Assembly (NCBI GenBank): GCA_965203295.1
Contig: CBDBCZ010000017.1
Span: 1,504,001-1,568,000, forward strand
DNA from: Nitrospirales bacterium
GTDB taxonomy: Bacteria > Nitrospirota > Nitrospiria > Nitrospirales > UBA8639
DNA: 64,000 bases
Direction: 5' to 3'
In this document: one piece after another, positions 24,767-51,939 of the stretch
Numbering within the stretch: the first letter of the stretch is position 1
Layout of the letters: each line of letters starts with the position of its first letter
The notes under the pieces: model-generated
Told to the model about the DNA's origin: nothing
Database searches by the model: none
The model's input: the letters and a program-made list of their open reading frames with translations, nothing else
Made by a program: the position numbers and the translations under genes

Positions 24767-25455
24767 CTTAATTTATTGACTTCAATTATTGGTTCTGGAA
24801 TCTGGTTCCCCAGACTAGACTGAATTGCATGCAGTATTGGAATGAGACTGTTTATCACGTGATACTCCAGCCCCTCCTACTCCCGCAACATGCAAAGATT
24901 TGCCCATGGCATGCAATGCATGCATGCATATATACACTGCAAAACTGCAGGATAGCTATTAAAGTTCACTTACATTGCTCATATCTGACTTGGCCATGCA
25001 AAGACGCGCATGTAAGTGAATGAGTCAGTGTGTGGATCGACTCCTAAAGTGAAGGTCACCATCACTGCATGAAATGTCTGAACTGTAAGTAGCTAGCTAA
25101 CATTGCAGTCACTACATGTATGTACTTTCAACAAGCTGAGAATTGTTGAAAGAAGTGAATGCAGATTTATGACACAAAGTATTTAATAGTGTCACTTCCC
25201 GAGAATCCTGCATGGAAATTTCCTCACATACATTACAGGCATGCAGAAGATAGCCCATGTAGCAGGTAGCGCCGTTATATATACACATGGAATTACGTAC
25301 AAGTATACAGTCAATGTGATCATTTGTCGTATATATATATAACGTACAATGCATCCATGATTGCATAATAATGTATGTTCCTGCATAATATATATTCAGT
25401 ATACTCCAGACAGAAATCTTATAAAAGTCTTGCAAAATAATTAGACAACAATGAA

Positions 25456-27750
25456 CTATGATGACTCTACTAGATCTGAACATGAGGTTACAAAGCAACT
25501 CATCAGGATATCGGGCCACTCAGATACATTTTTGTCCGTTGCTATACAAATGCGAAACGTTTCCTTGTAACAGACAATGGTGACACTGAGGCCAACAGCG
25601 GAGTAGCGTGGAGGCCAGCAGGTAATCGAAGACACAGTGTAAGAGTCGAAATAGAGTGGTTCATCGGGAAGCTCAATTACCGAAAATATACCTGTCACTT
25701 TGCGAAGCATAGCGTTGGATACAGAGTCAATTGCACTTGAACACAAAAAGATGGAAGCTAGTCTTGCAGCCGCAAGTAGTGTGAATGCTTCTTCACCTCG
25801 TAGTAGGAGCTGGTTATTGGTTTTGAGCAATCGCTTGGTTGGACACTCTTCTGAGACTGGGAGGTTCACGGAGAAGAAGGATAACCGAGAACCGATTGTA
25901 ACTGGTAAAGCAAAGGGCATATCTGCAACAGTCGCTTTACTCTGAAGTACATGTAGCAGCTTTCGGATTGCACCGGCTAGGCAGGACAGAAGCACAGTGC
26001 CAACAGTTACAGCATGGTGGGCAGCGCAAGTCTGAATTGGTTCTAGTTGGTACGGCGCCGAAAAAATGAAGCGTGCACTTCCGTGGAGCAGCAGGGGGTG
26101 AAGATCGTTGAACAGCGTTGAACGCAGGAGATGCCTGATGAAAACGGCAGGAGCTTTCAAAACCGTCGCCAATTTTGACACTCTCCTGATGGGAAACGTG
26201 GGCTTTAATTTCGGACAGTCTGCATCCAGCAGCTGTAAAAGATTATCCACCAGATTTGCGCCCGAAGCCAGACAGTGATGTGTTTTTATGACCACGGCTG
26301 AACGATTAACGTACGCGGGAATGAAATAGGCTGCCCAGAGTGAAGAGTCCTCGTGCGGTTCCAAATTTGAGAGCTCGGCTACGTAGTTTGAGAGATCACT
26401 AACGGTTGACATCTTTCGGTTCACAAGATGAATGTGGGAACCTAGGTTGGAATCATTATCAGCTCTCCATTGAGAAAAGCACCCTTTCTTGGTGACCACC
26501 GCTGCTAGTTTGAGACTGAACACCCGCATGTTGCTATGGAGATATGCCCGCTGCAGCACAGTAGCGAGAGAGCTACGAAAATCTTCAAAGGAAATGCTCT
26601 CTTTGAAAACAACTAGAGTATAGTAGTAGGTCCCCGAGAGTTTGGAGGCATAAAAGGGAGATAAGTGAGAAGTAATATCGATGGTGTGAAATTTCTTGCA
26701 AGGTGCAGGTATGCAGCAAGAAAGGAGTTTGAACAGTGCCAAAAAGGGTAGCAAAGTAAAGAAGACTGGGTATACTATTAGGATGCAGATGAGATTACAC
26801 AGGAAACTTGCTAGCTTCCTGGACCACCTCACTTTAGGAAGCCCAGTGCCAACTAGTGGGACAGTACTACTGGCAGTGTTGAGGCTGTTGTCATGTGAAG
26901 CCGAGACTGATTCCGAAGACTCTGGTCGGTCCAAGAGTCCAGATTCCGGATCTCCACGTTGCACGGGATCCGAATCGATCATGCCTGAGTTGTATGCAAG
27001 ACCGGCTTGCTGAATACTTGCTAACTGAGAGTCAGAGGCAACTGAATGAAACGAGATATCCGAAATAAGAGATTGTTCCCTAGGCCTATTCGGTGATCCA
27101 GTAGCAGTATCTATTGGTAGAGTGTGCTGATGTACCTGTCCAGGTAGGCTGACAACATCAACAGGTTCGGCACTACTTTGAAGCATTGGCAGACCAGCCG
27201 ACTGGCTCCTCTCGGGAAGCAAGCCAGCTGGATTGCGAGCGTGTTCGATTGTGAAAACACTATCGCTTCCGATACTATCACTGCTGAGATCGAGCAAGCC
27301 TTGTGCACGCACTTTTTCAATTCGAGGTGCCCATGCCGGTAGCACCTTGCCTACCTGCTGTGGGTTTCCAGCTTGAGGATATCGTGGGAAGACGAAAACT
27401 GACTTTGAGCTCTTCCTCGGTGGCAACGTTCTTTCTGTCGCTGTAGGTACTACAGGTGACGATGGAATAATCTCGTCTTCTCGTTTTACTGCTTGAAGCT
27501 GACTTGCTAAAGACTGTGAGGGTGATTTGATTTGCCCACTAATCTTGCCACGTAGCAAACTTCCTTGATGATCACAGTCAAGCTGTCCTGGTAAGCTCAC
27601 AGAATCAAGATGTCCCAAACGAGTGCTATGTCGAATGTCTGATCTTGCAGACTTGGGTCTTTGGCTAAAGGTTGCAGTTTGTGATTCATCCGGGTGACTG
27701 CTGCTGTTAGATTCTCGTTCAATGATTGCTTCATATACAACTTGAGCCAT
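25456..27750 (-). CDS. Intronless WS/DGAT-like (wax ester synthase/diacylglycerol acyltransferase fold) protein, 764 aa, with a long disordered N-terminus and a Cys-rich hydrophobic segment
   Basis: Long ORF; LWAAYFI..., KTHHCLASG (position of HHxxxDG) and C-terminal WPP...GLSVTIVCY...RICIATD..PD resemble WS/DGAT and its C-terminal domain. The ATG at 27750 sits just after an acceptor (ttttattactgtgcag at 27755-27770). Confidence 0.8.
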   Translation of the reverse strand: MAQVVYEAIIERESNSSSHPDESQTATFSQRPKSARSDIRHSTRLGHLDSVSLPGQLDCDHQGSLLRGKISGQIKSPSQSLASQLQAVKREDEIIPSSPVVPTATERTLPPRKSSKSVFVFPRYPQAGNPQQVGKVLPAWAPRIEKVRAQGLLDLSSDSIGSDSVFTIEHARNPAGLLPERSQSAGLPMLQSSAEPVDVVSLPGQVHQHTLPIDTATGSPNRPREQSLISDISFHSVASDSQLASIQQAGLAYNSGMIDSDPVQRGDPESGLLDRPESSESVSASHDNSLNTASSTVPLVGTGLPKVRWSRKLASFLCNLICILIVYPVFFTLLPFLALFKLLSCCIPAPCKKFHTIDITSHLSPFYASKLSGTYYYTLVVFKESISFEDFRSSLATVLQRAYLHSNMRVFSLKLAAVVTKKGCFSQWRADNDSNLGSHIHLVNRKMSTVSDLSNYVAELSNLEPHEDSSLWAAYFIPAYVNRSAVVIKTHHCLASGANLVDNLLQLLDADCPKLKPTFPIRRVSKLATVLKAPAVFIRHLLRSTLFNDLHPLLLHGSARFIFSAPYQLEPIQTCAAHHAVTVGTVLLSCLAGAIRKLLHVLQSKATVADMPFALPVTIGSRLSFFSVNLPVSEECPTKRLLKTNNQLLLRGEEAFTLLAAARLASIFLCSSAIDSVSNAMLRKVTGIFSVIELPDEPLYFDSYTVSSITCWPPRYSAVGLSVTIVCYKETFRICIATDKNVSEWPDILMSCFVTSCSDLVESS

Positions 27751-28021
27751 ATTCCTGCACAGTAATAAAAATTGAGGTATCTGTAACTTCAACACAAATT
27801 GTGTAACTACAAGCTATACTATACTATCGAACACATGACACTATATGGTATTCCCCAGACATGTTACATGCATGCTTTTGTGTATTCTTTTGTATAGCTT
27901 CTTACTCTCTAATAGTCACTAATGATGCTATTTACACCTGACATTCTAATTTGCTAATGCCTATATGAAAATTCAAAGAGGATCTCAAGCTAGTGCTTTT
28001 CAGGGTTCATGTTGATCAGAG

Positions 28022-28057
28022 CATAGATAGTAGAGTAGAACTACTCTACTATCTATG
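28022..28057. mobile_element. 36-bp perfect hairpin insertion with a 7-bp target-site duplication (atcagag)
   Basis: catagatagtagagtag-aa-ctactctactatctatg flanked by atcagag; the empty site is seen at about 44361-44385. Confidence 0.75.
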
Positions 28058-28518
28058 ATCAGAGTTCTCTTTCTACAAACCTTTTAAATGGGTTCACAAA
28101 CTTTATCATCAAATGGGATTTGCTGATGAAGTTCGTGAAGCCATGTCGTGAAGCCAATTCATGTTTAGGTGCATGAACTTCATACAGGACGCTTAACACA
28201 TCTATCATAGAATCCAGTCACTCTACTGCACAAAACTACATAATATACTAGAGATACACATACGCAGTATAAGCCTCGCGCACAAACATTCAGTAGGTGT
28301 GGTTTGGTAGCACGTGTTTATAATGTGTGAGAATTCGACAGAGAGAAAGGAGAGGTAGCTAAACGTGCATGAGAATTCGACAAGTTCATCCTTCTCCAAA
28401 GGCGAAAATTAACAGGGTGGTGACTTCTGCTTCTCCAGCGAAAAAGAGCAACTGTTGTTAGCTAAAAAGTGTACGCACCTCTGGTCTTTTAGCTTCGGTT
28501 TTGTATGCCGCTCGTTAC

Positions 28519-28660
28519 CTTCTCTTGCGTAGTGTAGCAAGATGCCTAGCCCTTTCCCCACTCGTCTCGCCATCGTCGTCGGGCTCCGTGACTCGACTTC
28601 AGCCAACACGCGTGGAAGTAGCACATGAGAACAGAGCCACTAAAGGGCCGGCCACGCCAT
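28519..28660 (-). other. Possible non-coding 5' exon of the WS/DGAT-like gene
   Basis: CpG-rich segment ending AAG|gtaacg; no in-frame ATG. A second candidate donor (GTG|gtgagt) lies near 29373. The 5' boundary is approximate. Confidence 0.3.
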
Positions 28661-30453
28661 GCACAGCACGCAGTATAATTGCATTCCTAAGCGTGACACA
28701 TACATATAGTATATATATATATATACAAACGCTTGCTGAGATACGATGCAGAATTAGTTGCCTCGCGCTAAGGCGCTCGGCAAATATGTGTGGTAAACAG
28801 ACCCTCATATCCATGATCACTACCACTGTGCATGCATACATACATGCATTAAACCACAATGGCTACATGCTGCATTATAGGACTGGGGACACATTGCATG
28901 CAAGTGAGGACAAAAGACTGATGAGAGCTGGGAACAAGGTTAATGCTGCATTTGGAACGGAGTCAAACATCCTACGTAGCTAAGCAGTGAATGGAGTTGA
29001 ACATACCATTTTGTAGCTGAGTTAATTAAGAACTAGGCCAGCCGGTCAATACATATATGTATCCATAAATATGGTTACATTACTAGGTCTATACTTTTTG
29101 CAAAGATCTGAGCATATATATAGCAACATAACACTAATTCAGTATATAAAACTAGATGTAATTCTGCAACAACACAATCTGCTGAACAAATTATTACAGT
29201 GCTGTATCTGTAGAGTATGCGCATCAGTTTTTTAGACTAACAAAATTATGTCTAAACTGAGCTACTCTTCGCATGCCAAACTGTATTCCTCCATTATTAG
29301 TGTACTTGTGAAACTATGCGTTGAAAATCTACTGCTCATGCCCATAGCTGTACGTTGCAAAGAAAAATACTCACCACAACAGGTGCTGCAGCCGATCCAA
29401 GCCTTATCACTGCGCCTGGCCTGTTCAGAAGTCTCCAATCCTCATAGACAGTGAATTTTTGGCACCTCCAAGCTGGGATGGGTGGAGCTAGTCTCATGAG
29501 CAGCTAGCTGGACTAGACTAGACTAGGGTGGAGCTATTCTAATTTAACGAAGGAAATTCTTTCTTCAATTAATTAGATGTGTATACATAAAAGTACATGT
29601 ACTTGGAAGAGCTGCGCCACTATACTAGTCACTGAGAGTAACTTTTGAGCAGTCCTTGTCGTTGATCTATCGGGAGATTCTGCAAGTAGGTCGTACGGGG
29701 GGGATTCACCAGTAGTGTAATCACTACATCTTGATTGTATGAATCTGTATCATGGTCAGTAGTCAGCTACATGAGCTAGACCTATAGTCTAGTCTAGCTA
29801 GCTATCCCCAACTTCTACCCACCTAGAGAAGTTGGGCATAGCTAGCTACACTACTCTAGATCTTGAAACTACTTGGCTACAGACTACTGCCTAGTACTGA
29901 AACAAACCATTCACCATATTCTGACCATAAGTAACTCAATTTGTGAGCCAACAAAGAACAATGTCATTTTACAGAATTAGGTGGCCAGTACCCTGAAGCC
30001 ACTTACGAGAGTTAATTCTTGAGATCTTGTACATGCATGTACGTGTAGGACATATCACTATGTAATTGAAGGCAATTAAGCGGTAGTCACTTCATACTGC
30101 CTTTCCATACGTTCACAAATGGGATCAAGATTTTTGATCGGCAAAAATGGTCCTTGATCGTTTTATCTTTAGTTTAAAACTTTCTTGATCGCTTGATTTC
30201 AAGGGTTCAGTTGCCCTGCCTCCTTTGATTCTGAGAATGATAGTCGATCCATTGATTTTTGTTGCTCGGATTTCGTCCTGATCCCTTGATCCTCTCCTAA
30301 ACACTACCTTGATCACTAGATTTCATTTTGATTCCATTTGCAAACGTTTCTACAACCAACGCATACATGTACATGTAAGTGACTATCCCTTGAAAGGCCA
30401 AGCAATATGATAGATCATCTATTGCAATAGTCACCCTGGGTTGAGTACTATTG

Positions 30454-31635
30454 TAGCCAAGCTATAGCCTGCAGTGTGTCAGCACTGATGATCAGTACTC
30501 TAGTATTGTTATAGCCAAGCTATAGCCTGCAGTGTGTCAGTACTGATGATCAGTACTCTAGTATTGTTAAGCCAAGCTATAGCCTGCAGTGTGTCAGCAC
30601 AGATGATCAGTACTCTAGTATTGTTATAGCCAAGCTATAGCCTGCAGTGCGTCGCACTGATGAGCAGTACTCTAGTATTGTTATAGCCAAGCTATAGCCT
30701 GCAGTGCGTCAACACTGATGATCAGTACTCTAGTATTGTTATAGCCAAGCTATAGCCTGCAGTGTGTCAGCACTGATGATCAGTACTCTAGTATTGTTAA
30801 GCCAAGCTATAGCCTGCAGTGTGTCAGCACTGATGATCAGTACTCTAGTATTGTTATAGCCAAGCTATAGCCTGCAGTGCGTCGCACTGATGAGCAGTAC
30901 TCTAGTATTGTTATAGCCAAGCTATAGCCTGCAGTGCGTCAACACTGATGATCAGTACTCTAGTATTGTTATAGCCAAGCTATAGCCTGCAGTGTGTCAG
31001 CACTGATGATCAGTACTCTAGTATTGTTATAGCCAAGCTATAGCCTGCAGTGCGTCGCACTGATGATCAGTACTCTAGTATTGCTATAGCCAAGCTATAG
31101 CCTGCAGTGTGTCAGTACTGATGATCAGTACTCTAGTATTGTTATAGCCAAGCTATAGCCTGCAATGTGTCAGCACTGATGATCAGTACTCTAGTATTGT
31201 TAAGCCAAGCTATAGCCTGCAGTGTGTCAGCACAGATGATCAGTACTCTAGTATTGTTATAGCCAAGCTATAGCCTGCAGTGTGTCAGCACTGATGATCA
31301 GTACTCTAGTATAGTTATAGCCAAGCTACAGCCTGCAGTGTGTCAGTACTGATGAGCAGTACTCTAGTATTGTTATAGCCAAGCTATAGCCTGCAGTGTG
31401 TCAGTACTGATGAGCAGTACTCTAGTATTGTTATAGCCAAGCTATAGCCTGCAGTGTGTCAGTACTGATGATCAGTACTCTAGTATTGTTATAGCCAAGC
31501 TATAGCCTGCAGTGTGTCAGCACTGATGAGCAGTACTCTAGTATTGTTATAGCCAAGCTATAGCCTGCAGTGTGTCAGCACTGATGATCAGTACTCTAGT
31601 ATTGCTATAGCCAAGCTATAGCCTGCAGTGTGTCA
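30454..31635. repeat. 58-bp minisatellite, about 20 units
   Basis: Unit tagccaagctatagcctgcagtgtgtcagcactgatgatcagtactctagtattgtta; variants of 56-58 bp. Confidence 0.97.
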
Positions 31636-33984
31636 CCACGTATGGTCAACTGTATTATAGAAGCATTCAAAAGGCATGTAATTTGCAAATAACATAGTGC
31701 ATCACCATTGATCACTGTATGTTTGTCGCCTACATACATGTATCTTGCTTTGATGGCATGCAATGATATGGACCCTTTACCATTATGATGTAATGGGGGG
31801 AGGGGGAATAGGCACTAAATGAAAATTTACATGCGTGCATATGCCATGTATACATGTACATTTTACATGCATGCATATGCCATGTATACATGTAGCTGTG
31901 CTTGGGGTAACAGTTGTCACTAACAGCTTATGCCAGGTATACATATATTGATGTGCTTGGGGTAACAGTTGTCACTAATAGAGAAATACATGTACATGTA
32001 CAAGAATACATGTATAAATAAACATGTGTAGAGCTGGCGTTTTCTTGTACAGTGAAACCCCTCTTATAAAGATGACCTGAAATAAGGATACCAGGGCAAT
32101 TAAGTGACCTGTTACATTGTTACATGTACATGTATTATGAACATGTATTCAGACTTGGATCTTGGATCTTGGCTACAGTTAATGTACTCTACCTACCTTC
32201 TCACAGAATGAACACTAGTGGACAGTATCGCTTGTAGCTTGGACTGTCCAGACACTGACACAGGAGTGTGCCTCCTAATATAAAGCTGCCATCTACATTC
32301 ATGTAGCTGCTAGTGCGCCTAACCTCGTACCCAGGCCTCCCGCCCAGACTTTATCACGGCTGTGAGGTAAAGTCTGCGCGGGAGGCCTGGGTACGAGGTT
32401 AAGTCAGACAAGCTCACCAAACAAAAAAAAGCACTGGTTTTTACTATCAAATATCTCGTTTGTAAAATCCTATGGTTTTACATCGCTGTACATGTACTTG
32501 TGTATCTGTACAGTGTATACGTAGCCGCCCATCTGCAGTGCATTTCATCATAGCGACTGTGCCCTATAGAAGTAGAAGCCCTACATGTAGCATATAAGTT
32601 ATCACATACAACTATCAGATTCTGAGTATAGAACAGGTTTACATGATTTGTCAGAGTCCTTTCAAAGCATCTGCTAACAATGGCCAAAACTAAAACTCTG
32701 AGGTGCTCCAGCATCGGTTGCTGACAGTGTATGTACATAGCTATTCCTTTGAGACCTCATTTACACTGTATTTACGTGTTTAGTCTATGTCCACTACTCA
32801 ATACTATTGCTGTACTCTTTGATCTCAGTCAAGCCTTCTCTTGAATACTGGCCTATGAAGTGAGAAGTTGCTGGTTCTATGCATGTACATGTACATGTAC
32901 AGCAAAGGCTATACATTATCTAGCCTCGAATTCAAGGCCTTACTTGCCATCGTTTTTACCAGCCGCAATCTTAGGACCAGCCGGAGCGCGTGCAGCGTGC
33001 GAACGGCTGGTCCTAAGATTGCTTTACGTTTTACGCGTCTATTTGTTTGTTTGTTTGTTTGTTTGTTTGCGTCTATTTGTTTGTCTGCTTGTGCGTCTGC
33101 ACTTATCACGTGTGCAATATTACGTCATACGTTACTATGCAACTGCAGTGTATAGCAGCTTTTGGAGGTTTGCAGGCCAAGCTACAGCAAATGAAGGTAG
33201 TTTTGTGTTGCCTAGATAGCAAAAACATGGTAGGTAGCCGTAAAGATCCTGGTTTCGTGGCATATAGCTACTAACTGTAGGCGCATGACGAAACTGCTGA
33301 GTCAGCACTTTCGCTGTACCGTGTTCTACAACTGTAGTTTAATAGCTTGGCCTAAGCTGAGTTGTGTGTATTGTATGGAAAAAGGCGTCCGGCTGTTTTT
33401 TTAGACATGAAATGTCCGACTTATTATGCCGGATCCTTGACGAAAAATATTCGGGAGTAGCTTACTCCACCTGATATTTCTTCCCAAAATTTGAGGTTTC
33501 ATCAGCATAGTATCTCTTAAAGATGACTTGAAATGACCCTGCTGTAGCAGCATTCTACTGGTATATGTATACATACACACAGCAACATACATGTATAACA
33601 GCAGTCAACTAACTATTAAAGTGCGTATGCAGTGGAACCCCTCTTTAAAGACACCCACCTGCAATAAGGACACCTTTGTATAAGGACATTTTCATTAGCT
33701 ATGTGCTAGCAATTTACCCAGAAATGAGGACACCTCTCTGCAGGACATTAATCAGGTCTAAAAGAAGGGTTCCACTCTAATTTCATTGCTACATGTATAT
33801 GCACATTTCTGTGCATGTGTGGGGTGAAACTGTTCTCTATTGTGGGATTAATGCACATACATGTACTTGTACATGTACATGTACATGCATGCACTTCTGT
33901 GCAAAGCTGGGTGATTTTTGCAATGTGATGACCTCGTCATCTTTTCTCCAGATCCCTTGAGCCCAGGGTGTGGTTGCCGTGGCG

Positions 33985-49727
<15,743 letters not shown>

Positions 49728-50724
49728 CAGGTACTGGTGGCTAGCTAGCTACGTGAACCATTTCATTGTCTACATGCACTCATTGCATTTCTCCCATTGG
49801 AACAGCAGCTAGTTAGAACGACTGAAGATTTCATGTTGCATTGCATAAATTGTGTTTTCATGGCAGATACTTTTTGTTAATGACACTCCATTTTTGTCGA
49901 GTAATGTTCATGATTGTCTATACCCTTCATATTGAGTCCATATATGTACGTACTACTGTGTACGTGTAAGTGTTATAGCGACAGGATTGTGTGAATTCAT
50001 ATCTGAAAATGATCTTTAAGTACAGGGAAGGCCTATATATTACCCCGTAAGAGCCTGAAGAAACCAGATAGCCAGCTCAGTCAGTTGACATTACTCGTTG
50101 TCAATGGTGTCATGGTACTTGATATTTGCATTTTGTATAGCATTGGTGTCTGTTTTCTTTTATTATGGCTTATATTGTGTGATTTCTGTTTTGTATGATT
50201 TAGCTTTGCAGTTTTTAAGAGTTTAAGCATGCAGGTCAGTGAATAGTCTCGTGACGAGACTAGTCAGTGAAGAGTCCTAAATAAGCAAGCATGCTGTACT
50301 AACTAAGACACAACATTTGTGATAAATGAGGTTTTCCTTGTTCTCAATCCCCGGCCATGTACATGTGAAAAAAAAAACTTGAAACCTGGGAACGATTTAT
50401 ATACCCCAATAGCAGATCACTGCATGTGCACATACATGTACTGATTCTGAATGTTTTGACTGCTGGGCTGCAGTATTCTGGCCTGAAAAAGACTGCAGCC
50501 CAGTAGTCAAAAACATCGGCATTTGATGATGAAATTTGTGAAGCCAATCCATTGGTAGTAGAAAGAGAACTTCGCTCAACATCATTAAACTTTATTACAC
50601 AGGTTACTGAACTATACACTGTCTGGTTTGAAAGTTCATTTTGAGTACCTCATTAACTTAAATTTATCTGGAATATTCATACAGGATAATCAGCACAATT
50701 ATGCTATAGGTTAATTAATAACCT

Positions 50725-51507
50725 CTAATCAAAATGATAAGTGAATCCTTTTAAGAAATCCACAATGCTCTTCCTGACATGTTCTTCCTCCGACTGTGGT
50801 CCGGTGAACTTCCACCCCCAGTACCTATGGTCTGTACCACTACCACTGCCACCATAGCCTTCTCGCAGCCAGCTAGGAGGAATACTGGGAAAACTGTCCC
50901 AACCATATTTGGTCTGGTACTCGTGATACTCGGCGCCACGCAGATCGATCCTTACTTTCACAGACACCACAGGCGATCCCGAGAAATAGCGCTTCTCCAT
51001 CACTTCTCGACTAACAGAACCTGCAGCAAATATGTCCCAATCGTAACCAGGAACTCGGACTGCAAAGGTTTCTATTTTCCCCCACAGAAATTCAATATTA
51101 AACTTCCAGTCACCGGGTGCCTCACGTCCGAGGGAATTGACTACAAACTTATCTTTAGGAGATACATTCAGGTTGACACTGGCTGAGTCGGCAATGATAT
51201 CCCTATAAAAAGTCACGGCGTCAGGAATTCTGGCTAGTACTTCCACAGGAATTGTAAGGTCAGAAGATGCAGAGTCATCAGGGCTCTTAATAAGGGTCAC
51301 TGTCCCATCCTCCTGACAGGAGACGATGTAGGACTCGGAGTCCCTATACTCACTAAAGGCCACAACGTCACCATGACACAACTCATGTTTCTTAACTAAC
51401 GCTTCTGCGCCGGCTGCACTCGTAGGACATTCAGAGTCATACAGCCTTAAGTATTTAGCAGCTTCTGCGGGACACTTCGTATCTTTGCTGGGCTCTTGAG
51501 AGGCCAT
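50725..51507 (-). CDS. Intronless uncharacterised protein, 260 aa (MASQEPSKDT...), copy 1
   Basis: Open frame with globular-like composition, TATA-like sequence about 20-25 nt upstream, and a near-identical copy at 59730-60516; no family recognised. Confidence 0.7.
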   Translation of the reverse strand: MASQEPSKDTKCPAEAAKYLRLYDSECPTSAAGAEALVKKHELCHGDVVAFSEYRDSESYIVSCQEDGTVTLIKSPDDSASSDLTIPVEVLARIPDAVTFYRDIIADSASVNLNVSPKDKFVVNSLGREAPGDWKFNIEFLWGKIETFAVRVPGYDWDIFAAGSVSREVMEKRYFSGSPVVSVKVRIDLRGAEYHEYQTKYGWDSFPSIPPSWLREGYGGSGSGTDHRYWGWKFTGPQSEEEHVRKSIVDFLKGFTYHFD

Positions 51508-51939
51508 CGAACTCTTCAAGCCGCCGTATATAGTTCTAAGTCTCGTGATCAGGCAGCGTCTAGTCACGTGACTAGGCAGCAGCGCGCGTAATTACGTAAT
51601 GGAGTAACCTTTACCCATATGATGTAATGGGGTAAGAATTGACAATGTCGTGCAAGTGTTTGTGCTTTCATGTTGAAAGCACAAAAACATACATGTTTGC
51701 ATGTATTTAGTGTCTGTCTCCTTTTACCCCCCCCCCCCCCCCCCCAGCTACATCATTTCGGTAAAGGATCTTTTATATTCATCTTGATTTTGCAGAGCTG
51801 CACTTTCTCCATATAATTCTCGTGACGAGACTATTGTAGAATGTGAGTTTGCTGCCTAATTATCATGCATTAATTATATTAATTAATAGTGGATCTTTAA
51901 TTGGCTCTAAGATACAGAAAGCTCAGTATTTATTACTAG

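Noticed and set aside
28519..28610. Fifth anoctamin variable exon (VTEPDDDGE resembles VTEPSDGQ; ends AAG|gtaacg)
   Set aside because: There is no PxGF motif, an upstream in-frame stop and no suitable ATG, and it lies beyond the WS/DGAT-like CDS; more likely that gene's 5' UTR exon.
30454..31635. CRISPR-like array
   Set aside because: Units are contiguous near-identical 58-mers with no unique spacers, there are no cas genes, and the context is eukaryotic.
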